From Candidatus Omnitrophota bacterium (GTDB lineage: Bacteria > Omnitrophota > Gorgyraeia > Duberdicusellales > 4484-171): a stretch of 64,000 bases of DNA. Under the pieces are notes generated by a model. The model was not told the origin of the DNA, did no database searches, and was given only the letters and a program-made list of their open reading frames with translations. The stretch is from positions 128,001-192,000 of the forward strand of contig JAIPGM010000001.1 in assembly GCA_021735655.1 (NCBI GenBank), given 5' to 3'. The position numbers were made by a program, and so were the translations under genes. Positions 12,501 to 27,500 of the stretch are shown here, in pieces; the stretch's first letter is position 1, and every line of letters begins with the position of its first letter.

Positions 12501-15500
12501 CTTAGCCTTGAGGGCCACGGTCCAGAGATAGATTTTGTACTTGAAGTTGATCGGGCAAAGTATCATCGTAACAATCAAGGGCAATATGGTAATTTAGATG
12601 AGGGAATTTATCTTGGTGAATCCAAGACATTTAATCGACAATTTAACTTAGATTTGGTTACCGAACATACAATTGATGATAAACAAAGCAAATATCGTTT
12701 AGTGGCCGCAAGGTTAAATAAGCTTCCCGATCCAGTTTTTAACGGCCGCATGAAGGGTATTGTTTTTGCTATGGGGGGAAGCTCGGTTACGGCAGCGGGA
12801 GTTCTAGAGTTTAGGTTAAGACAAAGAGAAGTGGATGAGGGATTAGAAACTTTGAGCTTAGTTGAATATGTAGCTTACATCCCGGATACTATTGATGCTG
12901 ACGAAGAGATAACTTTAAGTGTTAAGGAGGAAATTTATATTATTAAATGGGTAAGAGAGTTAGTTGAGCGGGGAGTAATTGAAGAAAATGAGGTTACCCG
13001 CGTTGAGCGTGTATTTATGGAAATAGCTTCAACTAGCAGCCGTTATGTATTACAAAGTATAGTTTGTGCAAAGTTAAGAGAAAAAACCGGGGAAGGTGAT
13101 ACTTCTTCAGCCAAGCGTCAGTCAGAACAAATTTGGCAAGAAATTATAGCTGAGCTAGAGGCTGAAGCTTTTCCAAATCGAAAACCACTTGATAACGGCC
13201 GCGATGGTCAAGCTGATTTAGCTCGTCAACAGTTAGCTGAAAGTTTGAGAGGGCGCTTGACCGGATTGCTAGATTCTGGTCTTAATCCGGAAAATAGCCT
13301 ACTTGTAACTCATGTTGGTCGACCGAATAAGGCTGGCACGCTTAGGGGTTTGGGTTTACGAGTTTACGAGATGGTTATTCAAGGAGTCAATAAACTTTAT
13401 TATGACCGACGGACTGTAAGAACCATCCCTTTATTTTCTAATAGTTTAGATTGTCCTTATCCTGGTGGTTATCATTCCCAGGGTGGAATGCTTACACCGG
13501 AGGCTAGGCAGGATATTGTTAGCCGGGGAGATGTTTTTATTCTAAGCGGAGGTGAGCTTGAAATATGCTTGCAGATGACTTTTAGCGAATTAATCGATGC
13601 TTTAAATCAAGCTGGAAGAACTACGGTGATATTTGTTCCGCTTGAAGCAACTAGTAGATTTATAAATTTAGAGTCGGCAACCGGCTATGCTGATTATTTA
13701 AAAAGCCGAGCGATAAGCTATGAAGAGTATGATTTTACTAAAAACGAGGTAACTCTAGCTCAACCGGCTACGCCACAGGTATTATTAGTTTGGACTAAGA
13801 CCGCTCAGGAAACTCTTTATTGGTTAGATTTCATAGCTAGGCATCAAAGACTTGTTGCTGAGAAACTTATTGAATCTTTGGGCTCAACTGAGGCAAATGT
13901 ACGTAAAGATGCCGCCGCTAGAATAATTACTATTGCTAAATTAATTGGTCACAACCAAGAAGATAATATATTTGGTCGTCATCCTTTAGATTGGCTTTAT
14001 GGTCATGATGACCATCGCCAGACTACGCCGCAAGAACGCAGGCTTTTATCGGAAGTTTCTTGGTTTCCTTCTGATGCTGTTCATCGAGATGAGGAGCAAG
14101 TACTTTTAACCAATCGCCGAAGAGTAAAAAGCAGAGTAACTGAAGTAAGAAAATCTTTAAGAAATAGGATTTTGTTTGACGTTAAGGCAAAATTGGAATT
14201 ATTAAAACAGCGTTTAGCTGATTCTGAAATTCAGGCTGCAGTAGATTTGGTAAGCTTTGGCTTTGATTCAAGTTTACCGGATCAAGGATCACGCAAGATA
14301 GCTGTTCTTAGAAAATTAGAGAGAAATCTCCAAGAGCTAACTACCCAGATAGAAAGGGCTAAAGCTTCTGGTAGTATTGGAGTGATAATTGTGCCTTTAA
14401 TTGATGAGGCTTTAAGTAGTCTACGGCGGCACGTAAATACGATTAGACATTGGTCGGATTATAAAAAAGGAAGCTATGTGCTTAGGCAGTTAGTTGATTG
14501 GATGGTTCGAAAGCATTTTGAGCCGCAGCATGCTCAATATCGGCAGATAAAATCAGCTAAAGTTTTGGGACGAGTCGATAACGGAGATGAAAAATTTTGG
14601 CAACTTCCGATTTGGCCGTTGGCTGATAACGGTGAGGTTGATTTAGGCTTAACTGGCTGGATGCTTACTTCGCGACAACGGGCTCCGCCAGAATATTTTC
14701 AAAGAAGAAAAGTTTCCCTAGCCGAATTAGCTGGTTTAAAACCAATCCAACTTACCTTATTTAATCTTGATGATTTTACTGGTTCTGGGCAACCCTTAGA
14801 TAATGGCCGAGTGCCTCTCGATAATGGTAAACCTTTATTAGAAAATAGAGATAAACCTAAAGAAACAGGCAGCCACCTTAGAGTAATGCTGGGTTTTCTA
14901 AGTCCGATCAGAGATGAAACCAAAATAGATGAACCCTTGAGTATTTCCGTGTTAGCTGGAGTATTAAGAGATGAGTTTAAGGGCACGGTAGACGTTGCCA
15001 CGGTCCACCCTCTTGTTGAAAAGGGAGGCCTTGAAGGGGTAAAGGAAAGGATAAGAAAAGAACAGCCGGACATCTTAGGATTATCTTTGTTTTTTGGTAG
15101 TTTAGATTATTTAAGAGAATTAATGGCTTATATACGTACTTTGCCAGAAGAAGTTAGGCCTTTAGTGATACTTGGCAATGTGTTGGCTAAATATAATTTA
15201 GGATTGATTTTAAAGGAATTTCCAGAAGTTGGAATTTGTACTGGAGAAGGAGAAAATACTATACGAGATTTTGTGCGTTATTACCGGGGGGAGATGGGTC
15301 TTTTGCAGATTACCAATTTTGCCTATATACATCAAGGGGTACCGAGAGTAAATTTACCTCAACAACGCACTGATTTGTCTGATATTGGAATGCCTCAGCG
15401 GGATATTTTTTCTCACGTCATCAGAACCGGCGGGGTCGTATTTTTAGAAACAAGCCGTTCTTGTTCGCATAATTGTGCAATGTGTAGTCGTAAGACTTAT

Positions 15501-18500
15501 TTGGAAGGAGCAGAATTTTCTCAAGTAGGTTGGCGTGGACGTCCGCTTGAGGATGTCATAAGAGATATGGCTGATGTAAGTCGTCAAGGAGCCAGATTTG
15601 TTAATTTCGTTGATGAAGATATTTTTGGTGGAGGCCTTGTACGGGTTATGGAGCTTGCCCAGAGAATTATTTTTGCTAAGGCACGAGGCGAGATTCATCC
15701 CGATTTAACCTTTGGCAGTTCAGCTAGCGTGAGATCAATCTATGTCCAACCAGAAGGTGATACTAAAGCTAGGGCTCAGATTGAAGCCGATAACGAGCTG
15801 AGGATAGAGGCACTTACAAGATTAAAACAAGCTGGCTTAGTGGTTTTATTTACAGGTATCGAGTCAGGTTCTCCTACTCAGCTTGCTCGATACGGAAAAG
15901 ATGCCACAGTATTTGAAAATGAAATGGCCTTACGGATAATCGATGAAGCAGGCATACACAATGTTCCTGGTTTTATTATGTTTGATCAAAAGGTCACAAT
16001 CGAGGAGCTGCGAGAGGATATTGCATTTTTACGAAGAACCGGGATGGATAAAAAAATTACCTATCCGCTTAGAACTTACTATCCTTTAAGGGGTGCTATG
16101 TGCACTGATCAACTGGTGGTAGATGGTCTTGTGGATGCAGAGCGATATAATGCAAGTCAGTTAGCCTATGAATACGTTTATGAGGATCAAGATGCTGCTA
16201 CTTTGTTGTGGGCTTTAAAATCTTGGGAAAAAAGCCAAATGCTATTCTTTTGGATTATTAAGATAATTTTTCGTTCTTCACGGTTTGGTGAGCTATCACC
16301 GGAGACACAAGCATTATTCAAAGAGGTTATGGCTGATCAAACTGTTATTTTACTTGATTATTTGGAAGATTTAGTTAATTGCTCATCAAGTTCTCAATAC
16401 CCAGAGATTGATCTTAGATATAGTGATAGATTAATAAATACCATGCTGTCTATTTTAGGCTTAATTAACGAAGGTCAGCTATCTATAGATGGCTCACATC
16501 TTTCGGAAGTTATTTACGGAAGCATAACCAGGGAAATCGTCCGTGTGCATCTTTTACATTTGCCATTTACTTTAAATGATATTTTTGAAATGGTAAAAGT
16601 AAGGTTTGGTGCTGAACTTAGTCTGCCTATGCTCAAGAGAGCTTTAAGCAGCTTTGTGAACGAGGGCGCTATGGAGTATTGTGAAGGCAGGTATTCATTA
16701 ACAGCTAAATTTTGGGATTTAAAAGGAATGCCTTATTATGATTTGCCAAGACCATACCGAGGAGGCGAATCTAACCTTGCTCAAGCGAGTTTACCAGTTC
16801 CACATCTTGATGTATTTAGGCAAAGAGCAGGCATTTTAGAGTTAGAGGTAGCTTATAACCAAGTCAGAGTTTTTGGGGAAGTATTATACGCTGCAGTTGG
16901 TTTTATCCTTTTTGCTATAGTTGGTGTTTTGATTATCCATACTTTGGCTGGAGGGTTTGTGGTTGGCTTTTTCGGATTAGTTATATTTGTTTATTTTTAT
17001 TCCAAATCGTTTCCTAAATCAAAATATAAAATAGTTGAGCAAGGGTTGAAAATGTTTAGTGGTCAAAGAATTGGTAGCCAAGATTTCATAAAACTATCTT
17101 TGGTGTTTAGGGACCTTTTAGCTGATGATTGCGATAATATAATAATACAACTTCTTGCTCGATCGGGAATCGAAGCAGCTAATGAGCTTGCCCAGAATAG
17201 GTACCTAGAGGAAACCTTGGGCGTGCAGTCTCCCCTTGATAATGGTAAAGATCCCTTTCTTACAGTCGATATTAGCCAATTGCCAGGAATGCTGTTAAAT
17301 AGAAATTATCAGAAAGCAATTGCAATATTTGAGAGCTTAGACGTTTTTAAAGACGGTGACGCTTTGAGAGACTTGCTTTCTGGCTTCAGGGAAATGTATG
17401 AAAATAATTACGATTTCAGGTCACGTCTTCTAGAATGTTTCATCCATTTATATGAAACCCAGCGCCAGCAGTGGTCTAAGGCCGAAAGAACCTTAAGGGT
17501 AATCTATGAACAGCAGACAGCTGAGGAAGATTTATCTTTGCTGTGGGTGAGGAAAATTGCCGTTGATATTTGGTCTGAGATTGCAAGTAGAGAGATAAAA
17601 CTTTCTGATGAACAAATGGTACCGGTTGAACAGGTAGGAGTTGATCTACAGGTAACTGAGGTCTGTTGCTATGAGTGTCCTTGGTGTTTATATCATCACA
17701 CGCCAAAAGGCCCGGCCCGGAGAAACCTTCACCGTTTAAGCGAAGCCGAGGCCGTAGACATAGTCAGTCAGTTTATGGAGGCAGAAACCTTTTCTTTGGC
17801 GCCGTTTAGTTTCACCGGCGGGGAACCTTCAATGAATCGGAAAGTTTTATTTGCTGCTCTTGAGGCAGCTACCCGACGTCAGCAAGCTGGATTTATTAAT
17901 GTATTTAGTAATGGTATTTGGGCTCGAGACGTAGAGGCTGCTGAGCGTATGCTAAACGCTCTTGCTGAGAAAGCAATCATCAGACTGGTTATCAATAGTG
18001 GGCTTTTGCCCGAAGGCCTTGAGCGGATTAAGCATATTGTTGACGCTTACGGCAGATTGGATAGTTCAATACAATACCGCATAGAACTTGGTATAGCCGT
18101 TCCTTTATTGGGCGATGAGATTATAACTTATCTTGAATCAGTGCGGCAAGCGCTTAAGGGAAAATTTCTTATTCAGCCGTCTAATGGCGCTATTACTGCC
18201 GTAGACATGTTTGAAATGTATCATTTAACAAATTGTAAGGTTGGTATTCAATTGTCTAATAGTCGTATTCTCATTATACATCCTGAATCGATTGCTATAA
18301 GTCATGCTAATAAGGGTCGCCTTGCTTTAAGAGAAAAGCAGATTGAAGCTTACCGGCTTAACCGCCCGGTTTGGTCGTCATGGCAAAGCAATGGGTCGCG
18401 CTATGTGCAATTTGTGGCGCAAAGTGACCTTTGGGTTTTAGCTAATCCTTTTTTCTGGGGCTATGGCAATCCTCGGCAGTGGAGTTTTGATTTTATGAAT

Positions 18501-21500
18501 GTTAGTCAGCTACATGAAGCCTATCAGCGTGATCCGCTTTGGCAGATGCTTTCAACTGTGCCAGCCGAGGAGATTATAGAACAAATGCGGCAGCTTTTTG
18601 TCACAGTCCCTCAGGGCGTTGATCGTTGGTTATCTGGTCTTCATGCGGTCCATCCGATTGCTAGCAGTTTTGCCGCTGAACTTTTACAGGATTCGCGCGT
18701 GCGTTATTGGCTAAGAAGATGGCATAGTGGTGATTCAGTTAATGAGCCATATCCGGAGTTATTGATGCCGGAATTAAGTCAAAAACAAAATTCACCTAAA
18801 TCAATTCCTTTGGATAACGGCCGAGTGCCTCTTGATAATGGTAAACCGTTCATGCAAAAGTTTAAACCTTCAGAAACTCTAGGCTATTCAGTGATTAACG
18901 GTCCTAGACATAGAGTGATGATTATTAATGTTTTGCCGCAAGATAAACAAGCTTCTTTAGAAACTCAAACTCAGAGCATAATTTCACAAGTAGATTCAGC
19001 CTTAGCTAGAGAGGGTTTTAATAATAGTGATGTGGTTAAACAGGATATGTTTTTACGTGATCCGAGCCAAAGACCCGAGGTTAAAGAAATGCTAGGTAAT
19101 TATTATGGAAGGGCGCCTCCGGCAACCAGTTTTATTCATCAGCCGCCGATAACCGGTGAGCTAGCTGCTACTGAATTGATTGTCATTAAGGGGGAGGGGG
19201 TCCAAGTCTACCGAGTAAATAAATATGCAACCTTAATTAATGCTGACGGACTTTGGATGCTTTATGTGGCTGGAATTGAACCGGATGCTAATTTAACTGA
19301 TACCTATCAGCAGGCCTATAATACTTTTTTAAAGTTACAGACTGTTTTAGAAGAAGTTAGGCTTGGCGCGGTAAGCTTTAAATTTGAAGATGTAATTAGA
19401 ACCTGGCTTTTTGAACGTGAGATAGTTGGTTTTGATGATCAAGAAAAAACTCAAGAGAGATATCAAAAGCTTAATCAAGCCCGACGCGTTTTATTTGATA
19501 CGGCTGATTCTGGATCAGGGGTTATTTTTGGCCGTCGTCTGCATTGTCCATCTTCTTGGCTTCTTTCCTGGCGAACGAGGATTGCTTTTTGGTTTTTAAA
19601 GTTTTCTTTTACTCATCGAATAAAGAAATTCGAAAAAATATTATTCAAATTAGCCCGAGTCAGGCCTCCGGCTTCAACCGGAATCGGTGCTTTGCCGGAA
19701 TTTCAAGCCCAAGGAATAAACGTTGCCATTGGTCCGGCTTTTGTTTTTGAAGCTTTAGCTTTGTTCGCTGAAAGTAATCGAGGCGATGTTTTAATTCAGT
19801 TTATTGAAAACCCCGAACAAACTCCGGCTCATGCTTATTCCAAAAAAGTATTACCCAAGGGAGAAAAGAAAAAGAAAAAAGCTTCCCCGGCTTTTAGCCG
19901 TGGTATGGCTGTATTTATGGATTACATTTGGATAATCATTTCTGGAACAGCTTCAGTTAAAGGTGAAAAGGTAGTCTCTGTTGGTGATGTAAGAGGTCAA
20001 GCTGAGACCACGATTGATAATTTAAGATTAGTAGTTGGTCAGGCTGGAGCCCAGTTAAAAGATATACCGCAATTAAGAGTGTATATCAAGAATTGGCAGG
20101 ATTATCAGACTGTAAGGTCGGTAGTTGAAAAGCATTTTCCCGATACTCCGGCCCTATATCTTTTGGCTGATGTCTGTCGGCCAGAGTGGTTAGTTGAAAT
20201 TGAAGCCATGGCTTTTATTCCTCGAGAAGAAGGGGTTTCTAAGCCTTTAGACAATGGTAAAAATAGAATTCGGCAAGGTGAGATCTGGTCTCCTCACCGT
20301 GGCTGGCGGGATCCAGCTCCCTTGCCGGATTATATATCTGTTCCGCTCGACAATGGCAAAAGAACTCTAGATTCATTGCCAACCAGACTCAGGGTTTTCT
20401 TAAGACTTAATAATATTGATCCAGCTAAAACTTATTTATTTGCCATGAGCGGCGGTGATTGTGCCGGGCCAAATTCAGCTTATTATGGTGCAGTTAGAGA
20501 GGCTGATAAATATGGTTATAAAGTATTAGGGGTGTTGAATGGTTTTGAAGGGTTAGGGGCTAATCCGGATTTATTCGTTGATCAACTTATTTATATTACT
20601 TCCGAAGGCATTGAGCGATTAAAAGGAATGCCGAGTATTCATGTTGGGTCTTCTCGGGCTAAATTTAAGGATAAACGCGAAAATATTTTAGTTAATTGCG
20701 CTGCTTTTGCCGGAGTAATTTTTGTTGTTGGTGATGACCATTCTAAGCAAACCGGCGAGCTAGCTGAAAGCGGCATAGCAACTATAGCTATTCCCAAAAC
20801 TATTGATTATGACTTTTTGGCGGAATCTTTAGGGTCACATAGTGCTATTTCTGAGGCCCGGCGACTTTACCTACGGGCTCATCGCATGGCCCAAGAGGAT
20901 CATTTTGTTCAAGTTATTGAATTTATGGGACGTGATGCTGGCTGGCTAACCTTTTTGGCAGCTCAGCAGGTTGCTGGAGCTAACTTTATTCTTCTCCCGG
21001 AAAAAAGCGCTGGCTTTAAGGATGTTTTAATTAAAGCTTTGTCAGTTATTTTAGAGGAAGGTTATTTGACTATCGCTATGGCTGAAGGTTATAGCTTTAG
21101 AGATTTCCAGGAAAAAGATCGTATCTTTGGAGGGCCGCTGTTTTATAAATTCTTAGATATTATACCGTTTCTTAAGGCTAAATTTTATTCTAAAGGCCAA
21201 ACCGATGTACATGGTAACCCCAAATTATCAGGAATAGCTGAGTACTTGTCTTTAGCTATTCGTTATTTGCCACGCTTGGCCAAGCATGATGCCGATATAA
21301 ATAGGCTTTATCAAGCGATTAAACTTAAGTACCCACATTATTTTGGTACTGACTTGCGTTATAAGGCTAAGGGCGAGGTAATGCAGAATGTTCGTTTATC
21401 GATTTTAGGCTATATTTTAAGAGGCCTTCCTTCAGATGATTACGATACTAGATTGGGAGAGGCTTATGGAAGAGCCGCAGTTAGGTTACTTCAGGCCGGA

Positions 21501-24500
21501 AAAAGCGGTTTAGAAGTTACAATTAGTAAAACTTGTACTTTGCGTTCATCTAGTTGGTTAAGAGCTATTCTTAGGGGGGAAGGGGTGAAAGCTGTTCCAA
21601 TAGTTGAGGTAGCCATAAAACAATATGTGGCTAAAAGCGATGATCCGGCTAAGGCGGCTATAGCTTTTCATCTTAGCGATAAGAAAATAGCTGAGGCCGG
21701 GGTTTGGTGGCAAGGCTCCCAAGAACTTATTACCCATAAAAGAGTAAGTCAGCTAGTCCGCGAAAAAGATTTAGGCCCGAGCCCGCGCGAACAGGCGCGC
21801 AGATCTCAATATAGCGCAGCTATTTCAGCAGCCATCCATACTACAACATCAATTTTCGGTTTTAGAAAGGTCGATGGTTTAGATTCAGATGATTTAGCTC
21901 TTTATGCTGGCGATCAAACTCCACGCGATAAGAGTTTGCTTCCGGGACATAAACAGTATTGCTTGGCTGAGACCAAAGGCAGTACCATGATTCTTTTAGC
22001 TAATCCTTTAGCGGAAGTTAGATCGCCTTATCTGCGTGATTTACTACTTGATATTTTAGGTAAGATGACTGAGCGTGTTAGTTTCATTGATGAAAGTACC
22101 CGAAGGCTTGTTCAACGTAAGATGCGTGGTTATGTTAATTTAGTAGTTTCCGATAAGTTTTTATTGAGAGATTTTACTGAATCGACAGATTTATTTTCAA
22201 AGCTCTTATCTTTAGATCCAGTATTAAAGGCTCGCTATGAGTTTAATCAGTATTTTTTCGATCACGGAACCCCGGGTTTTATGGAGCTAATGTGCACATT
22301 AGTTTCAGCAATTACTCACTTGCCACAACTAGCTCAAGGTGATCCAGAGTTAATTGATGCAGTTCAGAGACTTTATGCGAATCGACCAGAGGTGTTCGGT
22401 AAAGATCCTGAACGCAAAGGTGAACTTATCTTAAAAAGTTTACGCCTTAATATGCCCAATCAGGTTATCGGAAGGAAACCGACTCCTTTAAGAGAGGCTG
22501 ACCTGCGACGTAGCGGAGTTTGGCTAGGTCGTCAAAAGCCGCTTGATAACGGAAAAGCAAAAGTAGTTTTAAAGCCAGGAAATATGGATTACCATTTAAG
22601 TGTGGCGCGGAATACTCATTTTAGCAATGCTGCTTCCAAAATTGTTCCTTGTTTTTTAGATAATTTAGCTAAGGCTCAAATCAAAGGAATGCATAAAGAA
22701 ATTAGTGCGGTATTAGTCCATGACGATCAGGGGAATATTCCGATTTTTGCCTCGGCTGATCGGGCCAAGCTAGATGGTTTTGCAATTAATCATTCTTTGA
22801 TTGCTCAGGCTTCTGGTATTCAAGTAGATAGAGGTTTTGCTCGAATTGTGCTCTTTTTTAGAGTTGAAGATGAAAAAGCCGATAGTGTAGCCATATTTCC
22901 TAATTCTTTTATAGATAAAACTGAGTTACTTAGTAAAGATTTAGACATAGCTTTTAGAGCCAAAGCTAAATTATTCGGTGATTTTTCAAAAATTGCTTTG
23001 TTAATTAAGGAAGTCTTTCTCCAGATGGGTTATACTCCAGAGTATATTGACACGATTTGGCTTTCTAATTTTGATGGCGGGGCTTTCGGGTTTAGTAATC
23101 CACGGAAAAAAGTTAAGACCTTTGGCGATGCTTTAGCTTTGATTGAGTTGATGACTACCTTAGAGACACAGATACCTTTAGATAATGGTCGTAAGACAAA
23201 TGATGATCAAGCTAAATCAGAGGGTGTCAGCCGTCGCGATTTCGAGATTAGATCTCTTCTCGGTGGGCTTTGTGCCTTTTGTGGTGGAAGCTTGCCGGAG
23301 TTTGCCGGTGCTGCGGCTGGTTCAGCGGCAAGCCTATCGGAAATTCAAGCTAGACTTAAGGTAATGAAGTTATTTGAACAAGGAGTCAGAGATTTATTAA
23401 TTAATGGAGGTATAGTTGCTCGGCCAGCTTTTATCAGTCCAGCTGAGTGGGGTATTTTGAATTTTGATCTTTACCGTTTTAATTTAGTCCAAGTTATGGA
23501 TGATTGTGGTGGTTCTATGAATGCTGCCGAGCGGGTTGCTCAAGGGGTTAGAGACTTTGCCCAATACGTTAATGATCCGCGACTACAAAGATATTTTTCA
23601 CAGCAAGCTCGAGAGAAATTAGTTCAGCAGAGAAAGGATAACAGCCAAATTAGAAGAGAAATAGCTGATATCAAGATTTTACTTGAAATAGCTCGAGACG
23701 CCTACCATCACATGAGTTCGCCGGTAGATTTACCGGGAATAGTTAAGCAATTAGAATTTGAGTTATTTCTTAAAAGAGGGCAAGTCGGTTTTAATTCGGC
23801 TAGTGTTAAGTTGGAAGCTTTGTTGGTAGATAAAAATGATGAGCCTTTGGATAACGGAAGAACTATTGACCAGCAAAAAACTATTCTAAGGGAGCAGGTA
23901 CCGAGTCTTAGCGATAGAGCTCACTCAGCTAAACTCGCCGCAATTTATTCAAATCGTTTAAATGCTAAATTATCTGACAAAGGTTGGGGTATGCCCGGTG
24001 ATCTTAGGTTAGTTAAGGGAATAACCCTAACCGTAAACAGAGTTATTGCTCCTTGTTATGAGCTGTTTTTAAATATTATGCGTCACGGAAGGGGTGGAGA
24101 ATTTAAGGCGGATTATCGTCAAGGTTGGCTGGGTGAAAAAGAATTAACGGTTGTTGGTTTTGACCAGGGTTTGGGTATTGCTAATCCGGATCAGCTTTTC
24201 GCTGATAAGTTAGAGCTACTAGCTATTGCTGAAGATACAGCTGATTTAGACAAGAGGGAATTAAGTCGAGGAATTGTTCATATCGTGCTTGATCCGGACA
24301 GCGTGATGCTTGAAACCAGAGGCATAAGGTGGGCTAGGTCAATATTAGATGTTGAAGTTCGTTCAGGATTGTTTATGCCGGTAGTTACTTTGCAGCCGAG
24401 AGGCAAAAGTGAGGTTAATAAAGGTTTACGTTGGACTTTGGGATGGAAGAGGCAAGCCAGTCCTTTAGACAACGGCAGACAATCTCTGATTCCGGCTTTA

Positions 24501-27500
24501 GCTGCTGCTGAGCATATACCTTATGGAGAAGTAATCACAAAAATACTTGTAGTTTCAGGAATGATAATGATAGCTGTAGTAATGCTTAACTTTTTTTATA
24601 TAGTAGTTCGTATACTAATTGTCGAAGTAAATGATTTGATAAAACGATCCAGAAAGAAAACTAAGCCTAAGGGTCTATCGGCCTATGCTCGTTCAATGGG
24701 ATTATATTTTTTAAGACAAAGATCATCTGGCCTAGATAAATATTATGTCAAAGGGTCTTTCTCGCGTTTCTTTAGTGTAGATACTAATAAAAGAAAACCT
24801 AAATCTGGTCACGATAAACCGCTCGATAACGGAAAAGATAAAGACCAGAGTCCAGACAAGCGTATTCCGATAGCAAAATTATTACCACAGTTACTTAAAC
24901 AATCCCAGGCTGAGCTGTCTCAAGGTCCGCCTCATACAATTAGCCAAACCAGTGAAATATTAATGCGAGTTGGCGAGCTAACAGTGTCACTTAGCTACCT
25001 AAGAAGACAGTTAGGTATATATTTAAGAGCTAATCCTTCAGTTGAGATAACTCATAATATTTCTTCCGGTGGTTCAGTTCGTAATCACAGTGGTTTACTC
25101 CCTGGAGAAACCTTAATTGAGGTAAGGACCGCTGGGCGACCGACTAGATTAGTAAAAGTAATTCGGGTTGGTAGTTTTGGTTCAGAGATTGGCCTAAAAA
25201 GTCCTAGGCTCAGAGAATGGATAAATTCCCGATATCAAGAGTTAGCTGAGTTTGTAAACTTGGGCGATGAGTTTGAATGGAGAACTAAGAATGGTAGGCC
25301 GCGTTTGCCCGGTGATTTGTATCCGGGTTATGAAATTTTAGGATATCGAATGCTTAAAGATGGAAGGACCAGCGCTGATTTTATATTTATTTTTGAAAGA
25401 CAAAGCTCTAAGAAATTGAGAGGAGATGAAGGGTTAGTTAGATTAATGGTTTCTAATCCTAAGAACCTAAATCGACCGGTATACTTGGGAATGATTTGTC
25501 GCGATCCGAGATTTTTTGAATTAGCTGAGCGACTAACGACTGGTGTAACCCTTAGCGATATAGTAGCGACCCCTAAGGGTGAACCGCTTGATAACGGAAA
25601 GAATAACCCTTATTCTGATGCTGAAATCGAAGCTATGACTGCCCAGATAGCTCCTCAAGGTTTAGCTGAGTGGGATGAACAGATAGCGAGTTTAAGCTTA
25701 GCCGCTGAGAGTTTCTTGGAAACTGAAAAAGCAGTAAGAGATCATTTGGCGATGCTTAATCAACGCTTTGGTCCATTGGGAATTCGTTTCACTGCCACCC
25801 AGGTGGGTTTAGTTGCAATTATGAGTAAACCAGCAGATCTGGAACATAGTGATGCTTTACAGGAAGAGGTATTCCGTTACTATGAATTGGCTGAAGAAGC
25901 TAAACGGGCTCAAACTAACTGTCAGCAATGTCATAATAATTTATTAAATAGTTTTAGTGGTATTTTAGAACCGGCCATTAGTATGGCGGTTACCATCAGC
26001 CGGAGCCAAAATCGACCAGCTCAGTTTAATCAGCTTAGGAGTGCGATTATTGTTTCTCAAGAGCGTTGGCAGGCAGCTAAAGAAATTGAAAAAAGCTTAG
26101 CAGCTGTTGTTTTTGAGGGAGCATCTATCCATCTTCCGGAAACAATTCTTCCTCAAGGAGTAAGCTCTGAGGAAGCTGAGCGGTTGTTTAAAGATGTGTT
26201 CATCGATATTAAATCACCTTATCTAAGATTACGATTGATATCGCTTGATTTATACTTTTTATTGTTTCGTTTAGCTATCGGTACAATTGAACCAGTTCTT
26301 GGTTACAATCGGGCTTTAAGTTTAGCCCAGCGTGCGGCCACCCTTGAGAAACTTAACGAAAGACTTCTTCCAGAAAATCGCGGGGTTAGAGGAATACATC
26401 AGATTTTTGAATCAGCTAACGGCAATTTAGGTGAAATCAGAGCAATTATTGCTGAACGCCAAAGTCGGATAGTAGCAATTGATCAGCCAGCTGACTTATT
26501 AGCTTTAGATATTTTAGTTGCGCGAATTGAAGATGATTGTGTTTTAATGCAACGGGCTTTAAGTCTTGATAAAAGAGAAGCGCTACCGACTCTTGCACGT
26601 AGATTATTAAAATTAGCTGCTGATATTAAAGCACAGCGTCAAAGCACTCCGGTGGGTGCTGTATTCTCGGCACTTTTACCTAAGAACTCCCAGGGTAAAC
26701 AGAAAGAATCACCGACTAAACAGAATGCTTTTATTGTTGTTACCATGAGTGCTAACCAAGCTCCGATGGTTCACATTACTAATAAGCCGGCTGGTTTGCT
26801 GGATAATGAAGTTGGTCGGATTGCCTTTAGAGCCCTTGATTGTTTTAGTTGGCAAGATTTAGAAATTAGTGAAGGGGTTGATCGACTTAATTTATTAGGC
26901 GCACTTGGTCCGCTTAGTTATGGAATAACTCGTGAGCTTCGTCAGAAAGGTCTATTTATGTTAACCGGCGAGATATACAATTTGTTAAAAACGATAAGAA
27001 ATTTAGGCCGGGTTAAATTAATTATTCTTCCGAATCAAACAGCTCAACCTCAGGCAATACTTGATCTTGAGAGAACTTTAGAATTAGCTGATAGTCCTTT
27101 AGATAACGGCCGACCTTTGTCAGTTTATGAAGCAAATAAAAGGTTTTTTATGGCTTTGGGAGAATTAGTTCAGTGGCAACAAAGTTCACCAAAAAATTAC
27201 TGGTTTAAAAATACTGACCAGTTTTTGCAAGACTTGGCTGGTTTTCGTGAAAGATTTGAGGAATTAGTTGGTCAACCTCAGCTTGGAGAATTTCCTCAGT
27301 CATTAACTTCTTTGCTTGAAACCAATGAGAGGGTGGTGGGTGTTTTTCGTTACCAGTTTTATGCCGAAATTGAAGAGTGGCGAGATGAAGTTCTAGCTGT
27401 TCTCACCAATTTAGAAGCCGATAGCGGATATCTGTTTGAGGCAGTAACCGAATTAAAAGAGTTAGTTTCAATACACAAAGATAGTATTCTTCATTTTCAA

